NCBI GenBank assembly: GCA_011364965.1
Contig: RDOB01000001.1
Span: 160,001 to 224,000, forward strand
Length of the DNA stretch: 64,000 nucleotides
Direction: 5' to 3'
DNA from: Candidatus Heimdallarchaeota archaeon
GTDB lineage: Archaea; Asgardarchaeota; Heimdallarchaeia; Hodarchaeales; Hodarchaeaceae
The position numbers and the translations under genes are program-made. This document shows positions 1 to 10,338 of this stretch, piece by piece. Under the pieces are notes generated by a model. That model saw only the letters and a list, made by a program, of their open reading frames with translations. It was not told where the DNA came from and did not search any database. Every line of letters starts with the position of its first letter. Within the stretch, counting starts at the first letter, position 1.

Positions 1-728
1 ACTCCAGATTCACCTTTCTGCATCGAACAAATCATTCCATCATCAGCAATTCCTACGGAAAATCTTGCTATTTTTGCACGATCTTCCGCCAAACTTGGAT
101 CATAAAGAATGAAATCATCTATCTTGACATAAGTTAAACTCACGACACTTCCTTCTCTTGGAAGCGGATCCATCTCTTCTAAAAGAATCGGTTCTTCGGT
201 TTCTTCATTAATTTTAACTTTATTTATGCGAGTATTAGCAAGAGCGGCCATAGCAGCTAAAGCGGAAGCATCAATTAAGTTTCCTCCATCATCAAGAATA
301 TAGATATCTACAAATAAAATCCAGACTAATTTTCCAGGAATAATGCACATCTGTGGATGCATCATTGGGATGACATGACTTTCTCTGATTCCACGATCAA
401 CTACTCTTGCCATCTCTATAGCATCTGGGCCAGGGGGACCACTCTCGAAAGTAGGGGAGGAAATCGGGGATAATTCAAGATTCACTGTTATTACTCCTTG
501 ATTAGGAGTGTCTGGAAAAGGAGGTCCAACTGATGTTTTTACTCCTGCAACGACAACTGTATTTCCCCATTTTACCATTGCAGATCCTTCAGCTTTATGT
601 ATCACGTTCGGTATTATTTGAATAGAACGCCCCTCAAAGAACCCTCTATTATCTATCCTCTTACCTTTCTGTAATAAATCTGTCAGGTATCGCCTTTCAA
701 GACTACCAACAATTTCTTCTGATCTCAT
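1..728 (-). CDS. rrp42: Exosome complex component Rrp42 (3' end runs off the window)
   Basis: Manually translated from ATG at 728: MRSEEIVGSLERRYLTDLLQKGKRIDNR...AEGSAMVKWGNTVVVAGVK...PFPDTPNQG...FESGPP...ARVVDRGIRES; lies directly downstream of rrp41. Confidence 0.95.
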   Translation of the reverse strand, partial: MRSEEIVGSLERRYLTDLLQKGKRIDNRGFFEGRSIQIIPNVIHKAEGSAMVKWGNTVVVAGVKTSVGPPFPDTPNQGVITVNLELSPISSPTFESGPPGPDAIEMARVVDRGIRESHVIPMMHPQMCIIPGKLVWILFVDIYILDDGGNLIDASALAAMAALANTRINKVKINEETEEPILLEEMDPLPREGSVVSLTYVKIDDFILYDPSLAEDRAKIARFSVGIADDGMICSMQKGESG

Positions 729-739
729 TTTTATTCCAC

Positions 740-1501
740 CTATTCCTCTTCCTCATCTTCATCATAAGACTCAGCTATTTGCGAATATTTAGCTAAGAGG
801 GCTCTTCTTTGCATTTGATATATCTTCCCGATCGCTTCTTTAGCCAGTTTTAGTCCTTCAGTTATTTCTTCAGCAGTAAATTTACCATCACACTGTAGCA
901 GAGTAATTTCTCCTGTATTATAAACCATTGCGACGGGCATATCACCTTGTCCATCTTTATCTTCAACATCAGAAAGGTCTACAACTATTTTATCCTCAAC
1001 TTTTCCCACTGCACAACCTGTAACCAAACCTTTCATTGGTATCCCAGCATCCGCAAGTCCTAATGATGCAGCTGTTAAAGCAGCACATCGAGTACCTCCA
1101 TCTGCGTCTAAAACAGTAATAAACACGTCAATTGTTCCGTTTGGGAACTTTTCAAGAAATAATATGTGATTAAGTGATTCTGTAATGATTTTACTCAATT
1201 CATATTCTCGTCTACGAGGAGCAGGACTCTTTCTTTCATTTACAGAAAAAGTAGCTAACCGATACTCTACACGTACGATAGCACGATCAGGCTGAGCTAA
1301 ATGCTTAGGATGTAACTCTCTTGGTCCATATACTGCACAGAGAATTTTATTATTTCCCCATTTCAAATAGCAGCTTCCATCTGCACGATCTAATACCCCA
1401 GTCTTCATAGATATAGGTCTTAATTCATGAAGGTCTCTTCCATCCAAACGGAGACCATTTTCAAGTAATGTAGCGTTTTTATTTTCAGACATCTTCTTCA
1501 C
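740..1501 (-). CDS. rrp41: Exosome complex exonuclease Rrp41 (RNase PH family)
   Basis: RLDGR..ELRP, AVYGPRE and DADGGTR motifs; operon context. Confidence 0.96.
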   Translation of the reverse strand: MKKMSENKNATLLENGLRLDGRDLHELRPISMKTGVLDRADGSCYLKWGNNKILCAVYGPRELHPKHLAQPDRAIVRVEYRLATFSVNERKSPAPRRREYELSKIITESLNHILFLEKFPNGTIDVFITVLDADGGTRCAALTAASLGLADAGIPMKGLVTGCAVGKVEDKIVVDLSDVEDKDGQGDMPVAMVYNTGEITLLQCDGKFTAEEITEGLKLAKEAIGKIYQMQRRALLAKYSQIAESYDEDEEEE

Positions 1502-1505
1502 TTCT

Positions 1506-2219
1506 TTACTCTAAAAGTAATCGTTTTTCTTCCTCAAGATAATCTCTTATTCGGTCAGTCAACCCTGATGTATGAGCTTCTGATTCAATTTTTCTAATTG
1601 CTAGTTCAATTAAGTTTTCGATCAATAATTCTTGCGCTGAAATTACGATTCGGCCGTTTTGTCCAACAATAATCTGAGCATTTGTCATATTTTTAAGCAA
1701 TTGAATCATACTCCCCTTTTTACCAATGATTCTAGGTATTTTAACAGGATCAACCTCAATTAATCTTCCATTAATGATTTTATGTAAACCTCGGCCTTGA
1801 AGTGATAATACAGGGTCACGAGTTCTATCAAAAAAGGTAATTTGTGCTTTTATTATATCTCCAACGGTTAAAATCCGGTTGATATCGTCATTCATCGAAT
1901 CAAAGTCTCTATCAACAACATTGTTTACTCTAAGGGTTCCAACATAAGGACCACGAATATCAACAGTCCAAGACGTTATTCCTACACGTGTGATCTTTCC
2001 AATCACAATATCCCCCTCTAAAGGAATGTAACAACCTTCTAAAGGGACTACACCTATTCGATTTTTTCTTACCTGAGCCAAGCCAATCATTGAGGCATAA
2101 ATCTCAGTTTCATTATTTTTTTTGGCGCGAAATACACCACCACCGACTTTGATACCAGAACCCTGTGCAAGGATCTCACCTGGGATCACAAGCTGGTTTT
2201 TAGATACTAATATTCTCAT
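1506..2219 (-). CDS. rrp4: Exosome RNA-binding protein Rrp4 (S1+KH)
   Basis: VIPGE, YIPLEGDIVIG, KH motif PRIIGKKGSM and HTSGLTDRI. Confidence 0.95.
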   Translation of the reverse strand: MRILVSKNQLVIPGEILAQGSGIKVGGGVFRAKKNNETEIYASMIGLAQVRKNRIGVVPLEGCYIPLEGDIVIGKITRVGITSWTVDIRGPYVGTLRVNNVVDRDFDSMNDDINRILTVGDIIKAQITFFDRTRDPVLSLQGRGLHKIINGRLIEVDPVKIPRIIGKKGSMIQLLKNMTNAQIIVGQNGRIVISAQELLIENLIELAIRKIESEAHTSGLTDRIRDYLEEEKRLLLE

Positions 2220-2266
2220 TCAACTCACTCTTTGTTAAATTTTATCGTCTATTCCATAATTCGTGA

Positions 2267-3001
2267 CTATAATCGTGTTCTCTCAATTACCTTGATCTCA
2301 GCTCTCCCTTTTGTCATACTTTGAACACTTTCCATAAACTCCCCTTGCAAACCTGCTGCTATACTGACTACAGCAATCCAATGCCCATCATTCTGCCATT
2401 CGTCCTTTTCTATCTGAGCTTTTCTTTTTATTTCACCGTAAGCTTTCCCTGTAAATTCAGGAGGAATTTTAACAGCTAGTTTTACAGTTTCCATGCTGAT
2501 TGGTATAACTGAACGTAGTTCTTTCACGATATCTTTCAACTGGTCTTCTGCTGATAAGGCTGGATTTATCATCACTTTAGCTTCTTTCATAGCGTTCTCT
2601 ATTCTAAGTGGAGGATGTGGAGTTCGAGTTTTTGGATTAATACAAATTTTAGCCAATAGATTTACTATTTGTTTGCGTTTCTTTTCAAAAAATTCTTGCC
2701 TTTGCTCAGCAGTTAGGTTCAATTCACCTTTCTTTAAGATTATAGTGATTATTTCTCGTAAATCTGTTGTTTCAAAACTATTTTCAAGGATTCCCTCAGG
2801 GGGCTTCTCTCCTTTACTAGCATTTTGAAACACCTCATCAATTTCTAATATCTCATCGATAGTAATATCTTCATCTAGGAGCCCCATCCTGTATTTTAAA
2901 GCTAATTCAGGATTTACGACAATCTCAAACCTGTTTCCTTTCACTTTCATACGTACTACTGATTTTCCTGATAAATCTACTCTTCGAGCATCTCTTAACA
3001 T
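2267..3001 (-). CDS. sbds: Ribosome maturation factor SBDS/Sdo1
   Basis: RFEIVV, NASKGE, LTAEQR and INPKTRTPHPPLRIENAM motifs. Confidence 0.95.
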   Translation of the reverse strand: MLRDARRVDLSGKSVVRMKVKGNRFEIVVNPELALKYRMGLLDEDITIDEILEIDEVFQNASKGEKPPEGILENSFETTDLREIITIILKKGELNLTAEQRQEFFEKKRKQIVNLLAKICINPKTRTPHPPLRIENAMKEAKVMINPALSAEDQLKDIVKELRSVIPISMETVKLAVKIPPEFTGKAYGEIKRKAQIEKDEWQNDGHWIAVVSIAAGLQGEFMESVQSMTKGRAEIKVIERTRL

Positions 3002-3006
3002 CGTAT

Positions 3007-3735
3007 CTACTCCTTCAATTCATTTACATATTTGATTATATCTTCAGATTTAAGATACACTAGATGTCGAAGTTCCTTGGAAATTACTGCAATTTCAATC
3101 ATATCCTCATTTAGAGGACTATCGGAAACATAATTAAAAGCTTTCATTGCAGATAATATACCATCCTCCAATGTTTCAGCTATCTCCTTGTATTCACCCT
3201 CTAAATATTCAATTATCGTTGGAGCTGTGGATCCGATAGCTGCCGCACGATATCCCCAATAACTCCCACTTGGTTCGGTCATATACAACTGTGGGCCTAT
3301 AACTTCATCACAACCTGCAATTAGCAAAGAAACACCAAAGGGACGGACTCCTGCGTGTTGAGTGTACATTTGTTTCAAATCTGCAATTCGACGCGTTAAT
3401 CCTTCAACAGTTATCTCTTCATTATAAGTAATTCTATGAATTTGAGCTTGGATTCTCGCTTGGTTTACTAAAATTCTTGCATCAGCAGTGAGTCCTGCGA
3501 TAGCAACTGCTAAATGATCATCAATGGCAAAGATTTTTTTGACCATGTCTTTCTCAATAAGAGTTGTATGTAACCGTTTTTGAACAGCCAAACAGCACCC
3601 CTCTTCTGTTTTAATGCCGATAGCCGTTGTGCCGCGCTTAACAGCTTCAATTGCATACTCAACTTGAAATAAACGGCCATCAGGGCTGAAAATGGTACTC
3701 CCCCGATCATAACCTAAACCCTTAGGAGAAAAAAT
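3007..3735 (-). CDS. psmA: Proteasome subunit alpha; probable ATT start at 3735 (the ORF track truncates it to 3591)
   Basis: The frame is open upstream of 3591 through GYDRGSTIFSPDGRLFQVEYA to ATT-TTT-TCT-CCT. TAA lies immediately 5' of the ATT, and the SD GAGGTGA is 5 nt upstream; gives 242 aa. Confidence 0.93.
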   Translation of the reverse strand: MFSPKGLGYDRGSTIFSPDGRLFQVEYAIEAVKRGTTAIGIKTEEGCCLAVQKRLHTTLIEKDMVKKIFAIDDHLAVAIAGLTADARILVNQARIQAQIHRITYNEEITVEGLTRRIADLKQMYTQHAGVRPFGVSLLIAGCDEVIGPQLYMTEPSGSYWGYRAAAIGSTAPTIIEYLEGEYKEIAETLEDGILSAMKAFNYVSDSPLNEDMIEIAVISKELRHLVYLKSEDIIKYVNELKE

Positions 3736-4238
3736 TTAATTCACCTCAGTTAAAAATATTGATGTCTCGTTCATAAAAAAATCTTCCACAAAAAATCTCT
3801 TAAATCCAAATTTACGAAAATCAACGATTATTATTCACTTTTTTGGTCTACACCTTACATTTAATCCTATTTTTTCCAGAATTTATAACAATTCTAGTGA
3901 TTTTTTGTAGCTCTGGAAGAATTAATGGTAGTTAATTGAGGGAGAAGAATTCAAGAATAGAGAAAATAAAGGCATGGGAGAGAAGAAAGGAAACAAAAAA
4001 GCCATATGTTTTCTTTTAATGCTCCACTTCAAAAATTATACTTAAATTTTAATAGAGGGTTTAATATAAATTTGTATTGCTTACTTTGAAAACAGATAAA
4101 TATTTAACTAGCCTTTTGCCTCCTAACGTCGAGTAAATTGGATTTTCTAAACGATCAACTTTTTATCTCCAATAATTATTGTGTTTATCGTTCGGAAGCC
4201 AAATGCCTCATCTAACGCGTCAAAATAAGGTGTTAACA

Positions 4239-4676
4239 ATGGCATATGAACCTAAAAAAGTCGGTAGTGTGAAAGTTGGACGATATATTGTAGACCCAGA
4301 TTCGAATGAACCGTGTAAAGTAATTTCAATTGATAAAAGCAAACCAGGAAAACATGGAGCAGCAAAAGCGCGAATGATGATTATTGGACTTTTTGACAAT
4401 CAAAAAAGGCAATTTATATCCCCGGTTGATAAGAGAATTAATATTCCAATCATTGAAAAGAGAGTGGGACAAATAACCAATGTTGAAGCAGGCACAGGCT
4501 TCGTTCATGTCATGGATAGTGAAACATACGAATCATTTGTTGTAGATTCACCATCTGAAGAAGAATTGAGCAGCAAAATAAACACTCTATTTTCAGAGGG
4601 AAAAGCTGTTGAAGTGGAATACTGGTTAGTGATGGATCGTAGAAAAATTATCCAAGTGCGTGAAATGGATATATAA
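4239..4676 (+). CDS. eif5a: Translation factor aIF5A/eIF5A
   Basis: Hypusine motif SKPGKHGAAKAR; ATG 4239 follows AAGGTG. Confidence 0.95.
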   Translation: MAYEPKKVGSVKVGRYIVDPDSNEPCKVISIDKSKPGKHGAAKARMMIIGLFDNQKRQFISPVDKRINIPIIEKRVGQITNVEAGTGFVHVMDSETYESFVVDSPSEEELSSKINTLFSEGKAVEVEYWLVMDRRKIIQVREMDI

Positions 4677-4710
4677 GAAATACCTACTAAATAATTCTAA
4701 ACCAGAGTGA

Positions 4711-5583
4711 ATGCTCTTGGCCAAAACCACCAACATAGGAATTTTCTCCCAAGTCCTTTTTCAAGAAACTATTGAAATTATTTGTGATCTTCTCTCTGTT
4801 TTAGATAAGAATTCGCAGATATCCTTCATTCTAAATCCAGAATTGTATAAATTTGTTGAAAGGGCTCTTCCAAGCATTATGGACCGATTTAATGAAGAAG
4901 AACTCGAAAAAATGAAGGTGGATTGCATAATTTCAATAGGAGGGGATGGTACTATTCTTCGTATAGCAAGAACGCGTCCTGAGATCCCAATATTATCGAT
5001 AAATAAGGGTCGAAAAGGATTCATGACAGAAATTGAACCTTATGAGGTTAAAACTAAATTCAAAGAATTTCTTGAAGGTCAATTTAAACTAAAAGAACAT
5101 AAATGTGTTGAAACGCTAATTAACAACGAAATTATTGGATCTGCAATAAATGAAATAGTTATTACCTCAGTCGATCTTCTCAAGCCTATCGATTTTCGTG
5201 TTTTAGTTGATGGAATAATAACATCTGTTTCTCTAGCAGATGGGATTATCGTTTCAACTGCAATTGGTTCCACGGGTCACTCACTTTCTAGTGGAGGAGC
5301 AGTTGTTGATGCAGATCTGAGAAATTTTCAAATATCATGGATTAATCCAATTAATCTTGCTATTCGTCCCCTTGTTCTTGGTTCTAATCGTGAGATAAAA
5401 ATTCGATGTGCAACGAGAATAAATGATATCAAAGTAGTAATTGATGGTCAATTAAGCATTGAATTTCCTCCTCCAATAGAATTGGCATTTAGAGAGTCTA
5501 GGAAGACTGTGAAGTTCTATCGGACCCGATCGTTTATGGAAAGATTACGACATCATATACATCCAGAAATTAGGGATCAATAA
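4711..5583 (+). CDS. nadK: NAD(+) kinase
   Basis: GGDGT, G.KGFM, AINE and ADGIIVSTAIGSTGHSLSSGG motifs. Confidence 0.92.
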   Translation: MLLAKTTNIGIFSQVLFQETIEIICDLLSVLDKNSQISFILNPELYKFVERALPSIMDRFNEEELEKMKVDCIISIGGDGTILRIARTRPEIPILSINKGRKGFMTEIEPYEVKTKFKEFLEGQFKLKEHKCVETLINNEIIGSAINEIVITSVDLLKPIDFRVLVDGIITSVSLADGIIVSTAIGSTGHSLSSGGAVVDADLRNFQISWINPINLAIRPLVLGSNREIKIRCATRINDIKVVIDGQLSIEFPPPIELAFRESRKTVKFYRTRSFMERLRHHIHPEIRDQ

Positions 5584-5585
5584 TA

Positions 5586-6119
5586 GTGGTTACCAACATA
5601 ATCTCTTTCGTTCTTGACACTACTGTTTTTATTAGACTAGATTTCCCACGAATATTAGAATTGAGCGTTTCAACATTCTATACTACAAACAGTGTAATTT
5701 TAGAGTTAAAAGATTTTCGCTCGAGATCTAACCGAGACATACTAATCCAAATAAATAAATTAGTAATAGAAGAACCTAATCCTATTTATTTTAAAGAGGT
5801 AATTGCAAAAATTAGACATTTTGATCCAGTAACGAGTTTATCTAGAACTGATATTGATGTTCTCACATTAGCGTACCAAAAAAAAGTTGCAATTATTACT
5901 AATGACTTGAATTTACAAAATATTGCCGCTAATATTGGTATTCCATTCTTTATTGTTACTGGAAAACGAATCAAGCAAAAAATTAGGTGGAAATTAAGAT
6001 GTCTTTCATGCAATAAGATTTTGAGTCAAGCAGATTCATTAAAATGCCCATTATGTGGAGGAAACCTTAAAAAAATCCGTACATCTATTAATAATGAATT
6101 AAAGAGGAAGAGCAAATAA
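5586..6119 (+). CDS. nob1: Nob1-like PIN endonuclease with C-terminal Zn ribbon
   Basis: VLDTT, LSRTDIDVL, TND..LQN and CLSC...CPLCG. Confidence 0.88.
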   Translation: MVTNIISFVLDTTVFIRLDFPRILELSVSTFYTTNSVILELKDFRSRSNRDILIQINKLVIEEPNPIYFKEVIAKIRHFDPVTSLSRTDIDVLTLAYQKKVAIITNDLNLQNIAANIGIPFFIVTGKRIKQKIRWKLRCLSCNKILSQADSLKCPLCGGNLKKIRTSINNELKRKSK

Positions 6120-6164
6120 GAATAAAAATTGAAGAGAAAAGCGACCGTATGTATGTAAAAATCC

Positions 6165-6380
6165 ATGGAGAAGACAAATTTGCCAGAAGAATTAAAAACA
6201 AAAGAAGAGTTCATGGCGACACTTAGCTTAGCCTCGATTTGTTATGTTAAACGTGTGAAAAACTCCGATATTGTCAAACTCAAGCTAAGAACAAAAAAGA
6301 AGCTGTATACATTTAAAACAACTCCTGAAGATGCTAATAAAATTGTATCTAGTTTAAACATTCCTGTTGAAGAAGTATAA
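6165..6380 (+). CDS. rpl38e: Ribosomal protein eL38
   Basis: PEEL....EF and VKLKLRTKKKLYTF match the eL38 pattern; start may be TTG 6180. Confidence 0.85.
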   Translation: MEKTNLPEELKTKEEFMATLSLASICYVKRVKNSDIVKLKLRTKKKLYTFKTTPEDANKIVSSLNIPVEEV

Positions 6381-6485
6381 ACCGAAATATCCTGCATCTC
6401 GCTATTTTTTTGAACAATATTCATAAAAAAAAGATAAATGAAGCTTAATCTTCTCTAATTGTAATCTTCATTTAGCTGAAAAAGA

Positions 6486-6761
6486 TCATTCCAAACCTTC
6501 GGAGGATATTGTCTCAAGTAATGAAAGGACTTGCCAGATAGTTGTCCGAGCAAACAGGGGACAATTGGGATCTTGGCTAATTTCATCCAGAATTGAAATA
6601 GCGAAATTCGCACGTACCTCTGGGGGATCATCATCCGGAGTATTTTTCCCAGTAATGGCCATATAAGCTTCTTTTGCTGCTCTTCTAATATTTTTAGGAA
6701 CACTATGGTCGGATGAAATTTGTTGCAATAACATCTTTGAATTTTCTATTTTGTCTTCCAT
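6486..6761 (-). CDS. UPF0147 family protein
   Basis: SVPKNIRRAA and AISILDEISQDPNCP..ARTTIW are typical of this archaeal family. Confidence 0.85.
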   Translation of the reverse strand: MEDKIENSKMLLQQISSDHSVPKNIRRAAKEAYMAITGKNTPDDDPPEVRANFAISILDEISQDPNCPLFARTTIWQVLSLLETISSEGLE

Positions 6762-7259
6762 ATTTGTTCACGACCTATTTAAATGAATTAACAAGCTTTC
6801 TAATTAATTTATCACATATATCCATCCAAATTTTGCTCTCAAAATGGACTTTATCAGCCAATTAGGCTGTTTTGACCAAACTAATCTTTAAAGAAAAACC
6901 TTTCTTTAAATTTAATATCAATCGGTTGAAGGAGGAAGATAGAATAATTAATTGATTTTTCAATCGAAGTATATTTATATCAGATTTAAACCCATTAAAT
7001 TCCATTACTTCTCTCTGGGAGGTTTTTATCATCCTCTCCTCACAACTTAATCTTTTTCGCATCAGTTAAATTAAATAGTATAATCATTTAAACATTGTTA
7101 GATTCCTGATCACCAAACAATACTATAAAAAACTACTTCTTGGTGGTTTAAAACAGATGGGAAAAGTATCAGAACAAATCTTTAGCCATTTTCCCTTTGA
7201 ATACAATAGACAATTTGGCCATTCTAAGAAAAAAGTGAAAGAATTGGAGAATGATTTAA

Positions 7260-7724
7260 TTGGGTTTTGAAGAAACCGATATTGATCCTTTCGTTATCTA
7301 TGATCTACTATTATCGAATTCAGGTGGATTAATATGCTCTCATTGTGGTAAAAAGATCACAGCAGATGATCTACTAGAAGAAAAGATAGTAATGGGAAAT
7401 ATAGATGGATACTTAAGTCATGTTGATTGTTTATTAAGTTATATAATTAAAGCAGAACCAACGATTTCTTCTGGATTAGCCTCAGGCCTATTTTCAGAAT
7501 CTCAGGTACGACACGATTTACTTTCAAAACCCTTTGAGTCAGTAATCCTTGATATGAGTCGTGCTTGTTCTCTTAAACGTCTAACCCCATCTACACGACA
7601 ATGTTCAAAATTTATTGCATCAGAATCCAATATTATTGAATCTCGTATAAAATTTAATTTAGAAGTGATTCTTTCATTCCTAGATGAGAATTACTCCGAT
7701 CCAATGGATTCGGATGTAAATTGA
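7260..7724 (+). CDS. Hypothetical protein with CxxC...HxxC zinc site
   Basis: CSHC...HVDC; GGAGA SD upstream of the TTG. Confidence 0.6.
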   Translation: MGFEETDIDPFVIYDLLLSNSGGLICSHCGKKITADDLLEEKIVMGNIDGYLSHVDCLLSYIIKAEPTISSGLASGLFSESQVRHDLLSKPFESVILDMSRACSLKRLTPSTRQCSKFIASESNIIESRIKFNLEVILSFLDENYSDPMDSDVN

Positions 7725-7771
7725 AGAAGATCATGAAAAAAACCGATTAAGTATAGTCTTTGGTGTAAAAT

Positions 7772-8011
7772 ATGAAAATAGATTTCTCAAATGTCCCAAA
7801 TTCCGAGGTAATTGATGACCTTGTTACTTTAATCAAGAACAAAGAAAAAGATGCAAAAGTAAAGAAAGACGGAAAATCTGTCAAAGTTGAAGGATTATCA
7901 TCACGCAAATTAAAATTCTATGCTAAGAAAGTATTGGGAAGGATTGATGCCCCAGGAATAACAAAAGTAGTCTCACAGGGTGATCACTTTCTAGTCATAT
8001 ATAAAGAATAA
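7772..8011 (+). CDS. rpl22e: Ribosomal protein eL22-like
   Basis: 79 aa and basic; KIDFS...LSSRKLKFYAKKVL...KVVSQ....VIY parallels eukaryotic eL22 (FSKRYLKYLTKKYL...RVVA). Confidence 0.72.
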   Translation: MKIDFSNVPNSEVIDDLVTLIKNKEKDAKVKKDGKSVKVEGLSSRKLKFYAKKVLGRIDAPGITKVVSQGDHFLVIYKE

Positions 8012-8057
8012 AAAAATGTGCGTAAGTGACATTTTTAAATATTCCTAGGGGGATTAG

Positions 8058-9182
8058 ATGAATAGAAATATTTCAGAAATGAGCTGGGGAAGCGCATTTA
8101 CTTACAAATTATCTGTAGGTTGTCAACAATGTATAAAGGGTGAAAAATTAGTAGTTCTTGTTTCAACAGATTGTTCTAGTAAATGTTTTTATTGTCCATT
8201 GAGTGAAGAAAGAAAAAAATCAACCTTTTCTTTTGCAAATGAACGTCCAATAAAAAAAATTGGGGATTTATTAACTGAAGCTTCTTTAATGAAAGCTCAG
8301 GGAGCTAGTATGACGGGAGGAGATCCGCTTGAGTATTCTTCTTTCAGCAAAACTCTTGAATACAGTCAAAAATTAAGAGAAAATTATGGAAGAGATTTTC
8401 ATATTCACGTATATACTCGGGGAAAAGAAATAACAGAGAAAAGTCTCGGAAAACTTGCACTATTAATAAATGAATTAAGATTTCATGTTAAAAATGCCGA
8501 AGGAGATTTCAAACAAATCAAATTAGCGTTAAAGTTTCCTTTGGATATTGGAATTGAGATTCCTGTTATACCTACAAAATCAATTGAATATTACATCCAG
8601 ATTATCCAGAATTTTGAATCAATCCTTCCTGAATCGCAACAATTTTATTTTATGAATCTAAATGAACTGGAAGTGAGTGAAACAAATTATCGGAATTTAT
8701 TAGCTCACGGACTTGGATGTGACCATGAAAATCCGTCTAAGGTCGCAGGAAGTGAAAAATTAGGATTAGAAATTATCAAATGGGCATCAAAACATTCCAC
8801 TATACCAATTCACTTCTGTGCCGTAAAAGCGAAAGATACTGTCCAATTGACAAATAGGATTTATAGAATTGCTGAATCAGTAGGACTACCATCTGATGTA
8901 ATAATTTCTGATGGTCCAGATAAAGGACTATTGATACGTGGTGAGATTAAATCAGCTTTGTATGATCTTTCACTCATCAAAGAAATTTTATTGAATGAAT
9001 TGGAAATTCCTGAAGAGTTGGTATATATAGACTTGGTTAAAAATCGAATTTTAACAAATGCAGCAATTCTCGATGAATTAAAAGATGAAATTCGTGAATT
9101 TCTCCCTAACATAAATTTATCAATTATTGAGGAATACCCTACATATGATAATCTTCAAACAACCTCTATTCCATTAAAATAA
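8058..9182 (+). CDS. Radical SAM protein (archaeal uncharacterised family)
   Basis: GCQQC..GEK, CxxxCxxC (CSSKCFYC), TGGDP and NLNELE. Confidence 0.88.
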   Translation: MNRNISEMSWGSAFTYKLSVGCQQCIKGEKLVVLVSTDCSSKCFYCPLSEERKKSTFSFANERPIKKIGDLLTEASLMKAQGASMTGGDPLEYSSFSKTLEYSQKLRENYGRDFHIHVYTRGKEITEKSLGKLALLINELRFHVKNAEGDFKQIKLALKFPLDIGIEIPVIPTKSIEYYIQIIQNFESILPESQQFYFMNLNELEVSETNYRNLLAHGLGCDHENPSKVAGSEKLGLEIIKWASKHSTIPIHFCAVKAKDTVQLTNRIYRIAESVGLPSDVIISDGPDKGLLIRGEIKSALYDLSLIKEILLNELEIPEELVYIDLVKNRILTNAAILDELKDEIREFLPNINLSIIEEYPTYDNLQTTSIPLK

Positions 9183-9207
9183 CGAAAGAATTGAGTAAAA
9201 TTTCTAG

Positions 9208-10338
9208 CTATCCCACATCTCTCCAAAGGATTCCTAGTTGATCTGCGAAATCTCTACTTTCCTCCAATTCTTCTCTAGAAATCCTTCGATCGAGTAAAGC
9301 ATGATTAGGGTTATCAAGTATCTTATGATCAGGATACCATTGCCCCATGATATTAACGAAAGCTTCAGGAACATTGTTTGCACACCACTCAAGAATGGAA
9401 AAGGTATCTGCTTTTACTCTTTCTGGCATCACAAGATGGCGAACAATCATTTCTGGTTCACCGTAATCATAGGCATATTTTATGTTTCGAGTAATGACCT
9501 CCCAGTAGTTTTTTGCTTTTGTCATTTTCAAAGCGAAATCATTTTCGAAAAATTTGAGATCTGGTAACCAAAAATCCATAATGTCAAGGATTAAATCCAT
9601 CCCCTCTTGACTTGTATACATATTTGAATTCCATAACTGGATTACGTTCTTCTCAAAGTATTTTAAAGATTCAAGTATGGTATGAATGTTAGGTGTGGGA
9701 TCTCCCCCTACCCAATTAATGTTTCTTGCGCCTTCTAGACTCAACTTTGAGATAATTCTAGCAAGCTCAGAAGGGGACACAATTCTACCTTCACGGAAAT
9801 TCTGGATATCTCCCCATTCTTGAGAAATCGACCAGTTCTGGCAAAAAACGCAGCTAAATGTACAACCAGTGAAGAATACAGTACCTGAGGGAATAAGGGG
9901 AGGTTCTTCCCCAATGTGTAAAAAAGCAGATGTGACAATACTCTTATGGTTTAAACGACAAAATCCAATTTTATTAGCACTTCTGTCAACCCTACACCTT
10001 CTTTCGCAAAAATGACAGCTCTTTATGATTTCTGTAGCAATTTTACACTTTAAATCTAAGAAAGAAATGCTGGGGGTGGGAAGAGATCCTAAGGGACTAT
10101 ATTTATCTTTGAGTTGAATCCTCAGGTGGTTAAAATTAACACGACCAGTTTTATGGTATTCCCATAATTGATCTAAATTTTTATTTTCTAAGCTAGATAC
10201 ATTTACAGGAGTTTTTTTGGCAATTAAATATCTAGCATATTCTTTTCCTTTCAAAACTGCTTGATAATGCTTGAAACGGTGTTTGAAAATAGGTTTCTCC
10301 AAAATTGAATCAAAATTTTGTCGAATAAGCCTTAACAT
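9208..10338 (-). CDS. Radical SAM protein, PflX-like
   Basis: CHFCERRC, HIGEEPPL, GCTFSCVFCQN, VGGDPTP and RHLVMP. Confidence 0.88.
   Translation of the reverse strand: MLRLIRQNFDSILEKPIFKHRFKHYQAVLKGKEYARYLIAKKTPVNVSSLENKNLDQLWEYHKTGRVNFNHLRIQLKDKYSPLGSLPTPSISFLDLKCKIATEIIKSCHFCERRCRVDRSANKIGFCRLNHKSIVTSAFLHIGEEPPLIPSGTVFFTGCTFSCVFCQNWSISQEWGDIQNFREGRIVSPSELARIISKLSLEGARNINWVGGDPTPNIHTILESLKYFEKNVIQLWNSNMYTSQEGMDLILDIMDFWLPDLKFFENDFALKMTKAKNYWEVITRNIKYAYDYGEPEMIVRHLVMPERVKADTFSILEWCANNVPEAFVNIMGQWYPDHKILDNPNHALLDRRISREELEESRDFADQLGILWRDVG

Noticed and set aside
3510-3710. Possible frameshift in psmA (66-aa alternative-frame ORF)
   Set aside because: The psmA frame is continuous to 3735; no frameshift is needed
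7157-7270. 37-codon upstream ORF overlapping the 7260 gene
   Set aside because: No recognisable motif; the downstream gene has its own SD
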